This document shows positions 50,076 through 58,697 of a stretch of DNA of 64,000 nucleotides, in pieces. Below the pieces are notes generated by a model. That model saw nothing but the letters and a program-made list of their open reading frames with translations. It was not told the DNA's origin and searched no databases. The translations under genes and the position numbers were made by a program. The DNA is taken from positions 26,856 through 90,855 of the forward strand of contig CAZWLP010000002.1 of assembly GCA_964634565.1 (NCBI GenBank). The letters run 5' to 3'. The first letter of the stretch is position 1; the number at the start of each line of letters is the position of its first letter. The stretch is from an uncultured Rikenellaceae bacterium (GTDB lineage: Bacteria > Bacteroidota > Bacteroidia > Bacteroidales > VadinHA17).

Positions 50076-50906
50076 ATGAATTCGAGTTCAATAATATCAT
50101 TGCAGGAAAGAGCTAAAGAGCTTCAGTGTTTATATGATATCGAAAAAATATTAAACATTGAAGCTATAAGCTTTGATGAGGTATTTGACGGGGTAATTAA
50201 GGCTATTCCCGGTGGCTGGCAATTTCCTCAGCTATGCTATGCCATAATTGAATATGAAAACAAACGATTCGTATTAAATAAGCGCGGGCAATCTGAGTGG
50301 TTCCAGGCTTCAGAGCTAATTGTCGACAATAACATTGTAGGTAAAATTATAGTATGTTATAGCGACAGGCCCGCCGGCGGGGATTGCTTCCTTCCGGAGG
50401 AGTATAAGCTGTTAAATACCATTGCAGGACGATTGAGCCAGTTTATTTTCTATGAAAAACTGAAAAGGACAATTGATCTTTTATCCCGGGCGGCATTAAA
50501 TTATAAGGAAGACCAGTATCTTAAACCATTTAGTAATGAGCACTGGCAATGGCGCCTCAGGATGGTTCAAAACATAGCGGATAAAACCGATTTTGATTAC
50601 TATGGCCTGAAAGCAATGTATATCATTGGCAGTACAAAGGAAGCAAACGCCGGTCCCGGAAGTGATATCGATCTGATGGTTCATTTTGTTGGCACAGAAG
50701 AACAGAAATGCCTGTTTAAGGCATGGATAGATGGATGGAACCACTCCTTAAGTGAATTTAACAGGCAAAAAACAGGATATAGCTTAAAAGAAGGAATTAT
50801 TGACCTGCATATTATAAGCGATAAGGATATAGCACAAAAAAACAGTTTTGCAGTTATGATCGGAAACACAAATAATCCGGCACGCTTATTAAAGAAACTT
50901 GAGTAA
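50076..50906 (+). CDS. Sensor-domain (GAF-like, ELQCLYDI motif) fused to a Pol-beta-superfamily nucleotidyltransferase
   Basis: The N-terminus LQERAKELQCLYDIEKIL...FLPEEYKLLNTIAGRL resembles sensor-kinase GAF-like modules. The C-terminus MYIIGSTKEANAGPGSDIDLMVHF carries the G[SG]...D.D NTase motif. Confidence 0.65.
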   Translation: MNSSSIISLQERAKELQCLYDIEKILNIEAISFDEVFDGVIKAIPGGWQFPQLCYAIIEYENKRFVLNKRGQSEWFQASELIVDNNIVGKIIVCYSDRPAGGDCFLPEEYKLLNTIAGRLSQFIFYEKLKRTIDLLSRAALNYKEDQYLKPFSNEHWQWRLRMVQNIADKTDFDYYGLKAMYIIGSTKEANAGPGSDIDLMVHFVGTEEQKCLFKAWIDGWNHSLSEFNRQKTGYSLKEGIIDLHIISDKDIAQKNSFAVMIGNTNNPARLLKKLE

Positions 50907-50907
50907 T

Positions 50908-51756
50908 ATGAAATGCTTTTTTGTTTCGGATCTCCACGGAAGAATCGACAGGTATGAAAAATTATTAAGTCAGATAAAAGCTGATTTGCCCGATATATTA
51001 TTTATAGGCGGTGATATCCTCCCGGGCTTTAGTTCAGTTACAGCTAATGAATATGGCGACTTTATAACTGACTACCTGACCACGGCATTTCAAAAGCTAA
51101 AATCAGAACTAAAAAAAAGATATCCTGAGGTATTTATTATCCTTGGAAATGATGATCCGAAAATTGAAGAGCAAAAGATTATTATCGGACAAAAACATGG
51201 CATCTGGCAATATATACATAACAGGAAAGTCGAACTGAACGATTATCATATTTATGGTTATGCAAATATTCCTCCCACACCTTTTCAATTAAAAGACTGG
51301 GAGAGGTATGATGTGTCGCGATACGTTGATCCAGGTTGTATACACCCTACAGAAGGAAGAAGAAGCGTTGAAGAAAAAATCGATATAGAGTATTCCACTA
51401 TTTACGATGATTTGCAGACCCTGACCGATGATGATTCTCTGAACAGGGCTGTGTTTTTATTTCATTCACCACCATATAAAACCAAACTCGACAGGGCCGA
51501 CCTTGACGGTCAGTTTGTTGATCATGTTCCCCTTGATGTTCATGTCGGCAGCATTGCTATTGAACGTTTTATAAAAGAGAGGCAACCAATGTTAACCCTG
51601 CATGGCCATATCCACGAATCTTCACGAATAACCGGCAGCTGGGCCGACAAATCGGGTGATACCTTTATGTTCTCGGCAGCCTGTGAATTTCCAGATCTGT
51701 CAATTATTAAGTTTGACCTGGATCGTCTCGACAGGGCAGAGAGGCTAATGCTTTAG
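50908..51756 (+). CDS. Metallophosphoesterase (calcineurin-like)
   Basis: FFVSDLHGR, GGDILPG, GNDD, FHSPP and LHGHIHES motifs. ATG 50908 lies 1 nt after the NTase stop; the track start TTG 50899 would overlap by 8 nt. Confidence 0.85.
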   Translation: MKCFFVSDLHGRIDRYEKLLSQIKADLPDILFIGGDILPGFSSVTANEYGDFITDYLTTAFQKLKSELKKRYPEVFIILGNDDPKIEEQKIIIGQKHGIWQYIHNRKVELNDYHIYGYANIPPTPFQLKDWERYDVSRYVDPGCIHPTEGRRSVEEKIDIEYSTIYDDLQTLTDDDSLNRAVFLFHSPPYKTKLDRADLDGQFVDHVPLDVHVGSIAIERFIKERQPMLTLHGHIHESSRITGSWADKSGDTFMFSAACEFPDLSIIKFDLDRLDRAERLML

Positions 51757-51774
51757 TGACGGGCTCGGCTGCGA

Positions 51775-51799
51775 CTCCTTTCTATGTATCAGAAAGGAG
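51775..51799 (+). terminator. Perfect 9-bp stem-loop after the metallophosphoesterase gene (no U-tract)
   Basis: ctcctttct (51775..51783) / agaaaggag (51791..51799) with a 7-nt loop. It overlaps a partial copy of the gggctcg..tgcgac.cct motif. Confidence 0.4.
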
Positions 51800-51847
51800 C
51801 CCTGCAAGCTTAAGCATTATACTTTTAATTTTCACCGGTGAGACATT

Positions 51848-51937
51848 TACGGCTTTTTCTTTGCCAGCAGGGCGGCTGCTGTCAGTCCACTTATTCCGGC
51901 ACCAATAACAATCACATCTGATCGGGAAATACTCATT
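51848..51937 (-). pseudogene. 29-codon 5' fragment of an FAD-dependent oxidoreductase gene
   Basis: [29 protein letters not shown] contains only the GxGxxG N-terminus. It matches 64/74 nt of the fragment at 60459..60532. Confidence 0.7.
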
Positions 51938-52165
51938 TCACTCTTTTTTATAGCTGAATAAAGTAATAAATAATTATTAATACAAGATTTATAGATTCTG
52001 ACTATAATGCCAACAGTAAAATTTAAAGAGGATTATTATGACAGACATAATAAAGGGCTGTCTGTTCCAGATCCTTTTCTCTTGTTTTTTCAACACAAAA
52101 CTATAAAACGACCCTGTTGTCATTTAATATTAATTTTATATCTTTGTTGCACAAAACTATCAACT

Positions 52166-52618
52166 ATGATTTTATCAAAAAGTACCGAATATGCAATCAG
52201 GGCGCTAATATTTGTACAGATGCAAAACATAGCGGAGAAACGGCCTGGGGTAACAGAAATAGCAAATGGGATTGAAGCACCCGTGGCTTTTACGGCAAAA
52301 ATATTACATCTTCTTACCACGCATAGATTATTATACTCTCTTAAGGGTAAGGGCGGGGGTTTTTATTTTCCCGATAACCATACAGACCTGACTGTTTATG
52401 ATGTTATTCTTACTATAGAAGGAGGCGGTATATTTACTGAATGCGCAATCGGACTGAAGAGCTGTTCGGACAAAAATCCCTGTCCGATACACAAGGAATA
52501 CGAAAAGGTTCGGGAACAGTTCTTAAGTATGAGCAAAAAGCAGACTATTTTTTTGATGGCACAAAAAACAGTAAATGGCGAGGCGGTTTTAAATCGTTTA
52601 AATTCTCCAAATGTTTAA
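52166..52618 (+). CDS. Rrf2 family regulator with C-x6-C-x5-C-x2-H motif (IscR/NsrR-like Fe-S sensor)
   Basis: ATG 52166 gives MILSKSTEYAIRALIFV... CAIGLKSCSDKNPCPIH provides 3 Cys + His. The track start at 52007 adds an implausible 53 aa. Confidence 0.85.
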   Translation: MILSKSTEYAIRALIFVQMQNIAEKRPGVTEIANGIEAPVAFTAKILHLLTTHRLLYSLKGKGGGFYFPDNHTDLTVYDVILTIEGGGIFTECAIGLKSCSDKNPCPIHKEYEKVREQFLSMSKKQTIFLMAQKTVNGEAVLNRLNSPNV

Positions 52619-52642
52619 TTTGAGATATTTCAAAACATCTTA

Positions 52643-54178
52643 ATGAGCAAATTAACACGACTATATAAGAAGCTGCATAAATGGCCGGCACTGATCATTG
52701 CATTTATCCTTTTATACTATGGTATCTCGGGGATTCTGATGAACCATCGGGAGCTGATCTCAGCAATAGATATTAGCCGTAAGCTGCTTCCCCGGAAGTA
52801 TCATATAGAAAACTGGACAAATGGTGCTTTAAAAAGTACATTGATAATCAATCCTGACAGCATACTTGCTTTTGGGAATATTGGAGTCTGGGTTACTGAC
52901 TCATACTATCAGAAATACAATTCCCTGAATTCCGGATTTAAAAATGGTATGGATAACCGCAAGATTTATGATGTCCATCTAACAAACGACGGAAATCTTT
53001 ATGCGGCCACCCACTTTGGTCTTTACTCTTTTGATCCTGATAAAAAAAAGTGGACGCAACTGCCTCTGGATGTGAACAATAAAAGATTTGTGGCAATCGA
53101 AAGCATAGGCGATACGCTTTATGCCCTTAACAGGTCATACCTGTTTAAAGGGCTTTCTGAGGGAAGTAAAACATCCTTCAATAAAATAGAACTACCTCCT
53201 TATTCCGGCTTTAATGACAAGGTAGGATTATTTGAAACAATCTGGCAAATTCATTCAGGTGAGATTTTTGGAATACCGGGTAAAATATATGTTGATATTC
53301 TGGGTTTACTTACCATATTTATATCCCTTAGCGGGATAATATATTTTTTCTTTCCCAGGTGGATAAAACGAAGGAAAAAGCGAAATACAGGGTCGGGAAG
53401 AATTATTGAAATCAACAGATGGTCCTTAAGATGGCACAACCGTATTGGAGCCTGGGTCTTTGCATTTCTTGCAATTCTCTTTTTTACAGGGATGTTCCTT
53501 CGCCCACCCCTCCTTATTGCCATTGCCAGTGCAAAAATTAAGGCGCTGCCATATACTCATCTCGACCAGGCAAATCCCTGGTACGATAAAATGCGGGGTC
53601 TATTATACGATAAGGAGAAAGATATTCTGCTCTTATCTGCATCCGAAGGGATGTTTTATATGAGTGCCGCCGATCTTCAGCCAATAAAGTATAGCTATCA
53701 GCCACCGGTCAGTGTTATGGGCATAAATACGTTTGAAAAAATAAATGAACTTGAATATATGATAGGTTCATTCAGTGGCTTGTTCAGATGGAACCCTGAA
53801 GGCCCGGTGGTATATAATATAATAAACGGACAAATATATAATGAGTCGGGCGGAGGAAGACCTGTCGGAGACATAAAAGTTTCGGGCACCTTCTATGATC
53901 ACAGGGGAGGGCTTCTCCTTGTCGACTATGATAATGGGGTAATTCATGTTAATAATACCGAACTTCACTTTCCGCCCATGCCCGAAAACATATTAGACGT
54001 TTCAGGCATATCACTCTGGAATTTGGCTCTTGAATTCCATACAGGAAGAATCTTCGAACCCTTGCTCGGGGTTTTCTATGTGCTTCTTGTACCCCTTACG
54101 GGACTTACAGCCTTTATAGTAGTAATAAGTGGTTATCTGCTCTGGAGAAAAAGATTCAGATCGAAAGCCAGGAAATAA
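52643..54178 (+). CDS. PepSY-associated TM-helix family membrane protein (PiuB/FoxB-like)
   Basis: N-terminal LHKWPALIIAFILLYYGISGILMNH, internal RWHNRIGAWVFAFL, and C-terminal LEFHTGRIF motifs. Four TM helices and two large external regions. Confidence 0.7.
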   Translation: MSKLTRLYKKLHKWPALIIAFILLYYGISGILMNHRELISAIDISRKLLPRKYHIENWTNGALKSTLIINPDSILAFGNIGVWVTDSYYQKYNSLNSGFKNGMDNRKIYDVHLTNDGNLYAATHFGLYSFDPDKKKWTQLPLDVNNKRFVAIESIGDTLYALNRSYLFKGLSEGSKTSFNKIELPPYSGFNDKVGLFETIWQIHSGEIFGIPGKIYVDILGLLTIFISLSGIIYFFFPRWIKRRKKRNTGSGRIIEINRWSLRWHNRIGAWVFAFLAILFFTGMFLRPPLLIAIASAKIKALPYTHLDQANPWYDKMRGLLYDKEKDILLLSASEGMFYMSAADLQPIKYSYQPPVSVMGINTFEKINELEYMIGSFSGLFRWNPEGPVVYNIINGQIYNESGGGRPVGDIKVSGTFYDHRGGLLLVDYDNGVIHVNNTELHFPPMPENILDVSGISLWNLALEFHTGRIFEPLLGVFYVLLVPLTGLTAFIVVISGYLLWRKRFRSKARK

Positions 54179-54207
54179 GTTAAACCTAATATTAATAAAT
54201 TGATGCT

Positions 54208-54546
54208 ATGGTAACAAAAACATTTTTATCAGAACCAGTAAAAGAAACTCCACATGGTGTGGATGTAAGACAATTATATAACGATGCTTCGGCTCAGATT
54301 ATGCACATTAGCCTGAAACCGGGAGAAAGCCTTAAGGCACATAAAACGCCGGTTGATGTTGTTTTTTACATATTGGAGGGAGAACCCACAATCCATATTG
54401 GTGATGAAAGTCTTCACCAGCGAAAAGACACACTTATCGAAAGTCCGGCCAATATTACTCATTATATAAGCAATGAAAGCGGTGAGGGGGCTAGAATACT
54501 GGTTATTAAGGCACCCAGACCTGAAAACAAAACTAAAATATTGTAA
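54208..54546 (+). CDS. Cupin domain protein
   Basis: 112 aa. LKPGESLKAHKTPVDVVFYILEGE...NITHYISNES shows the two cupin motifs. Confidence 0.75.
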   Translation: MVTKTFLSEPVKETPHGVDVRQLYNDASAQIMHISLKPGESLKAHKTPVDVVFYILEGEPTIHIGDESLHQRKDTLIESPANITHYISNESGEGARILVIKAPRPENKTKIL

Positions 54547-54558
54547 ATACTAAAGTAT

Positions 54559-55806
54559 ATGAGCGAGTTAATTAATAATTCCAGATACCGTAAGGATCGT
54601 TTAAAAGAATTGATTCTGAAGCTTCACGATGGAGAAGACCCGGACCAGGTCAGGAAGGAATTGACCGACACCTTGAAGACTGTACCCTACTCTGAGGTAG
54701 TAGAAGTAGAGCAGGAATTGATAAGCGAAGGCCTGCCTGAATCAGAGGTTCTGAGATTATGTGATATACATGGAGAAGTTCTCGAGGGACATGTTGATCA
54801 GACAGGGTCGAAGGAAGAGCCAGAGGGGCATCCGATGGACGTGTTTAAGAAAGAAAACCTGGAGCTGAAAAAGGTTACCGCAAAAACCAGGGATCTTCTG
54901 GATTCGGTTTTAAAGGTTCCTGAAGAGACATTCGATAAGATCAGAAATGTTCTCCTGTCCTGCTTCAACGACCTTATGGATGTTGATAAGCATTACCAGC
55001 GTAAGGAATACCTGATGTTCCCCTACCTGGAGAAGAAAGAGATTACAGGACCACCGAAAGTGATGTGGGGAAAACATGACGAGATCAGGGACCAGTTAAA
55101 AGGCTGCATTGCTCTTCTGAAAGAGCCCGAATTAAGCAGGAACGACCTTGTGGAATCATTGGATCTGCTCTTTTACCCCATTATAAAGGCACTGGATGAC
55201 ATGGTACAAAAGGAAGAGGAAATCCTGTTCCCGATGGCAATGGACATGATCACGGAGGAAGATTGGTGGAATATTCACCAGCAAACACTTGAATTCGGAT
55301 TTACACTGTATGACCCACAGGTAGAATGGAAGCCTGTAGGGTTTGAGCTTTTATCTGAAACAGCAACTACAACAAGTGGAGACGGCTCCATTCAGTTGCC
55401 ATCGGGCAGTTTTACTTCCAGGGAAATTATGGCCATTCTTAATACCCTGCCCGTGGATATGACCTTTGTTGATAAGGATGACAAGGTTAAATATTTCAGC
55501 CAGGGATCACACAGAATATTTCCCAGGAGCCGGTCCATCATCAACAGGGATGTCAGGTTATGCCATCCTCCTGGAAGTGTTGATATAGTGGAAAAAATTC
55601 TTGAAGATTTTAAATCAGGGAAGGCTTCGCACGCTCCTTTCTGGATTCAGATGAAGGGTAAATTTATTCTAATTGAGTATTATGCACTCAGGGATGAAAA
55701 GGGAGAATATCTCGGAACACTCGAAGTCTCACAGGATATCACAGAAGCAAGATCTCTTGAAGGAGAACAACGTATTTTATCTTACGGAAAAGAAAAGGAG
55801 GAATAA
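54559..55806 (+). CDS. DUF438-type protein: hemerythrin-like N-region plus PAS-like C-domain (paralogue 1)
   Basis: 415 aa. H/E-rich helices (CDIHGEVLEGH, DVDKHYQRKE, WGKHDEIRDQ). C-terminal LPVDMTFVDKDDKVKYFS...RLCHPPGSV... Confidence 0.75.
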   Translation: MSELINNSRYRKDRLKELILKLHDGEDPDQVRKELTDTLKTVPYSEVVEVEQELISEGLPESEVLRLCDIHGEVLEGHVDQTGSKEEPEGHPMDVFKKENLELKKVTAKTRDLLDSVLKVPEETFDKIRNVLLSCFNDLMDVDKHYQRKEYLMFPYLEKKEITGPPKVMWGKHDEIRDQLKGCIALLKEPELSRNDLVESLDLLFYPIIKALDDMVQKEEEILFPMAMDMITEEDWWNIHQQTLEFGFTLYDPQVEWKPVGFELLSETATTTSGDGSIQLPSGSFTSREIMAILNTLPVDMTFVDKDDKVKYFSQGSHRIFPRSRSIINRDVRLCHPPGSVDIVEKILEDFKSGKASHAPFWIQMKGKFILIEYYALRDEKGEYLGTLEVSQDITEARSLEGEQRILSYGKEKEE

Positions 55807-55807
55807 T

Positions 55808-56329
55808 ATGGAAGCATTTCTTATTACACCCAGAACGAAAATCCATGATTTACTGGAGGCCTGTCCTGAACTTGAGGAGACACTGATAAAGGCTGCCCCT
55901 CAGTTTAAAAAGCTGAAGAATCCTCTGTTGAGAAAGACCATCGCTCGAGTTACTTCTCTCAGCCAGGCAGCCTTAATAGGTAACCTTAAAGTCGAAGAGC
56001 TTATCAATACACTTAGGGAGGCAGCCGGACAGCAACTACAGGAAAGCTATGCCGAAGAAGAAAGATCATATAATTCTGAAGTTCCGGACTGGTTTTCTCC
56101 TGATGCTGTTAAAGGCAATATTGATATCAGCTCTATGCTTAATGCAGGCGAACAACCTGTCCACGAAGTATTATCTGCCATAAAGAAAATGAATGAGGGA
56201 CAGATACTGGAAATAAATTCACCTTTTATCCCTGCACCACTTATTGATAAGGCTATAGGCCTGGGCTATTCTTACTGGATCAGTGAGGTGGCTGATGATG
56301 AATTCATTGTTTATCTCAAAAAACAGTAA
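55808..56329 (+). CDS. DUF1858 + DUF2249-like two-domain protein
   Basis: ATG 55808 gives MEAFLITPRTKIHDLLEACPELEETL...LKNPLLRKTIARVTSL (DUF1858-like). The C-terminus GEQPVHEVLSAIKKMNEGQILEINSPFIPAPLI is DUF2249/TusA-like. Confidence 0.7.
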   Translation: MEAFLITPRTKIHDLLEACPELEETLIKAAPQFKKLKNPLLRKTIARVTSLSQAALIGNLKVEELINTLREAAGQQLQESYAEEERSYNSEVPDWFSPDAVKGNIDISSMLNAGEQPVHEVLSAIKKMNEGQILEINSPFIPAPLIDKAIGLGYSYWISEVADDEFIVYLKKQ

Positions 56330-56335
56330 CTCAGC

Positions 56336-57526
56336 ATGTCAGAATTTACAGATAAACAGAGTCAGAGGATATCAAGGCTTATTGAGCTTTCAGATCTTAT
56401 TCTGAAAACCGGAAATGCCAGGGGATTTATTCTGGAAAATAAGGATTTTATTGCTTCAGTTTTACCTTCTGATTTTATTTTTCTCTTTGACGAACTGATG
56501 AGGCAGGGTCATAAGATGGAAGATATGAAAAGCCTGTCCAATAAGATCCTGAATATATTTCACAACACACTTTCTGATTTCAAGCATCTGAAACCAGCTC
56601 CCGGCTCTTTCCTTAATATAATGGAACAGAATAATCGCGAAATGGAAAAGGTTCTTAAAAGCATTCGTCCGGTCTACAAATCCTTTATTAAAAATCCCGC
56701 CAGCACTTCCATTAGAAAAAAACTCCTTCAGCATTTCGAAAGACTGCAAAAATATACAGACTATTATGTAATTAAAGAAAATGTCTTATTCCCCGTCATA
56801 GAGAAAAGTTTACCTGAGCACAGGTGCCTTCATATAATGTGGTCATTTCATGATGATATAAGAAGGAGCATAAAATCCATTCTGGAACAATTGGACGACC
56901 AGATAAACGATCAAAAAGTATTTAACAGATGTGTAGGTGATGTCTTTTTTAATATGCTGGCCATTAAGTTCCGTGAAGAGAAAATACTTTTTCCGTATAT
57001 CATGTCCACGGTTGATAAAGATGAACTTGAAATGATGAATCAAGAGGCTCTGGAACCTGGATTTCCATATATTCAGCCAGAACATAAACAAATGTCTGTG
57101 CTTAAGACAGGCTTAGATAAGACTCTTTTGGATCTTGGCACAGGCGCACTTGAACCCGAACAAATCAAACTGATATTCAATCATCTTCCGGTTGATATTA
57201 CCTATGTGGATGAGCATGATACAGTGCAATTTTTTTCTGAACCAAAGGAAAGGATCTTCCCGAGAACAAAGGCCATTGTGGGCCGTAATGTTCATAACTG
57301 CCATCCCCCTGAAAGCATTCATGTTGTAGAAAAAATTATTCAATCATTCAGAAAGGGAGAGAAGGACAATGCCTCTTTCTGGATTAATATAAAGGGAAAG
57401 TACATCCTGATACAATATTTTGCTGTCAGAAATAAGAATAATGAGTATAAGGGAGTAATTGAAGTAAGCCAGGATGTTTCTGAAATTAAGATGATTAAAG
57501 GCGAGAAGAGATTGCTTGACTGGTAA
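56336..57526 (+). CDS. DUF438-type protein (paralogue 2)
   Basis: 396 aa. The C-terminus LPVDITYVDEHDTVQFFS...HNCHPPESI... is clearly paralogous to 54559..55806. Confidence 0.75.
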   Translation: MSEFTDKQSQRISRLIELSDLILKTGNARGFILENKDFIASVLPSDFIFLFDELMRQGHKMEDMKSLSNKILNIFHNTLSDFKHLKPAPGSFLNIMEQNNREMEKVLKSIRPVYKSFIKNPASTSIRKKLLQHFERLQKYTDYYVIKENVLFPVIEKSLPEHRCLHIMWSFHDDIRRSIKSILEQLDDQINDQKVFNRCVGDVFFNMLAIKFREEKILFPYIMSTVDKDELEMMNQEALEPGFPYIQPEHKQMSVLKTGLDKTLLDLGTGALEPEQIKLIFNHLPVDITYVDEHDTVQFFSEPKERIFPRTKAIVGRNVHNCHPPESIHVVEKIIQSFRKGEKDNASFWINIKGKYILIQYFAVRNKNNEYKGVIEVSQDVSEIKMIKGEKRLLDW

Positions 57527-57581
57527 AGAATTAAAACAGGACCATTTCATTACCTTTGTAACGGTATAATTTAAAAAAGTA

Positions 57582-57983
57582 ATGAATTTCAGCAAAACAA
57601 CATCCTATGCAATTACTGTCCTGAATTTTCTTGGGAAACATCCCGGCAAACGCTATTCTGCCAGGGCCCTGAATGAGCTCCTTGATATACCATGGCAATA
57701 CCTGCGCCAGCTGCTTACAACACTTTCAAAGGAAGGTTTTATCGACAGTGTCCAGGGACGAAATGGAGGTTTTTCAATAGCCCGGGACCCTTCTGAAATA
57801 TCAATAGCAAGCATCGTTGAAGCCACAGAGGGGATGAGTGTTTTTAATACCTGCATAATGGGATTCAGGGAATGCCCCTTTGAGGTGAAATGTGCCATGC
57901 ATGAAACCTGGGAAGAAACCAGGGCAAATATAATTAAAGTACTAAAAACCACCACTCTGGATAAGTTCAGGGATCTGGATTAG
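57582..57983 (+). CDS. Rrf2 family regulator with C-x6-C-x5-C-x2-H motif
   Basis: MNFSKTTSYAITVLNFL... CIMGFRECPFEVKCAMH has the same ligand spacing as 52166..52618. Confidence 0.85.
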   Translation: MNFSKTTSYAITVLNFLGKHPGKRYSARALNELLDIPWQYLRQLLTTLSKEGFIDSVQGRNGGFSIARDPSEISIASIVEATEGMSVFNTCIMGFRECPFEVKCAMHETWEETRANIIKVLKTTTLDKFRDLD

Positions 57984-58003
57984 GAGAATTATTTTTTGAA
58001 AAT

Positions 58004-58027
58004 ATATGCGATGACGGTGTCGCATAT
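58004..58027. promoter_or_regulatory. Candidate Rrf2 operator upstream of the oxidase-like genes
   Basis: atatgcga-N8-tcgcatat is a perfect 8-bp inverted repeat. A related half-site gtatcgca lies at 58050..58057 (compare gtgtcgca at 58018..58025). Both are in the 115-bp gap before 58099. Confidence 0.4.
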
Positions 58028-58098
58028 TAAGAAATTATATGCTACATTTGTATCGCAGTTAAATCTAATTTCAATAATAAGCTAAAAAGGAGGTAATT

Positions 58099-58671
58099 AT
58101 GGTTGATACAGAACTTGTAATAAAGGGTCAGACCATTGCATACACACTGTATTGTGCTGTCATCATACTTGTGATGCTCTGGATTGCTACAAGGTTAACG
58201 AAAAAAGGTAAGGGCGAAAGCAAGGTAAAGCCTGCTCTCTTTTATACTTTCGTCACTTTTCTGGCTGTTTTGGGTGTGTCTTTGCATATCATCACCTATA
58301 ACACAATTCCCTGGTCTGAAATGGATCTGAACCGGCACGAAATAACAGCCGACAAAACATTTAACATTACCGTGGCCAATCATAAATTTATTCTGCCCGA
58401 GGAGGAAATGATAATCAATACCGGTGATATTGTTGTGTTTGATGTTACTTCCCACGATCTTACCTATGGCTTTGGATTATTCAGGCAGGATAATTCCATG
58501 TTATTCCAGATGCAGGTGGTTCCCGGCCACAAAAATGATATTATGTGGCGTTTTGTAAATCCCGGAGTGTATACTATCAGGTCTACAGAATATTCTGGGC
58601 CGAAAGGGGTGGCCATGATTGAAGAAGATGTGGTAAAAGTAGTTGGAGAACCTCTGGAAAAAGAAAAATAA
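58099..58671 (+). CDS. Heme-copper oxidase subunit II-like cupredoxin protein lacking CuA ligands
   Basis: Two N-terminal TM helices, then a cupredoxin domain. FDVTSHDLTYGF stands for the S.DV.H.F block. RSTEYSGPKGVAM stands for C.E.CG..H..M, with both Cys replaced by Ser and His by Gly. Confidence 0.75.
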   Translation: MVDTELVIKGQTIAYTLYCAVIILVMLWIATRLTKKGKGESKVKPALFYTFVTFLAVLGVSLHIITYNTIPWSEMDLNRHEITADKTFNITVANHKFILPEEEMIINTGDIVVFDVTSHDLTYGFGLFRQDNSMLFQMQVVPGHKNDIMWRFVNPGVYTIRSTEYSGPKGVAMIEEDVVKVVGEPLEKEK

Positions 58672-58697
58672 TCCCGTAATCCTAAAAAAATAATCAT

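Noticed and set aside
52007-52165. N-terminal 53-aa extension of the first island Rrf2 regulator (track start 52007); likewise 55673..55807 for the DUF1858 gene, 38400..38477 for the MFP gene and 18232..18336
   Set aside because: The extensions lack homology, overlap upstream genes or promoters, and internal ATGs reproduce canonical family N-termini or lipoprotein signal peptides.
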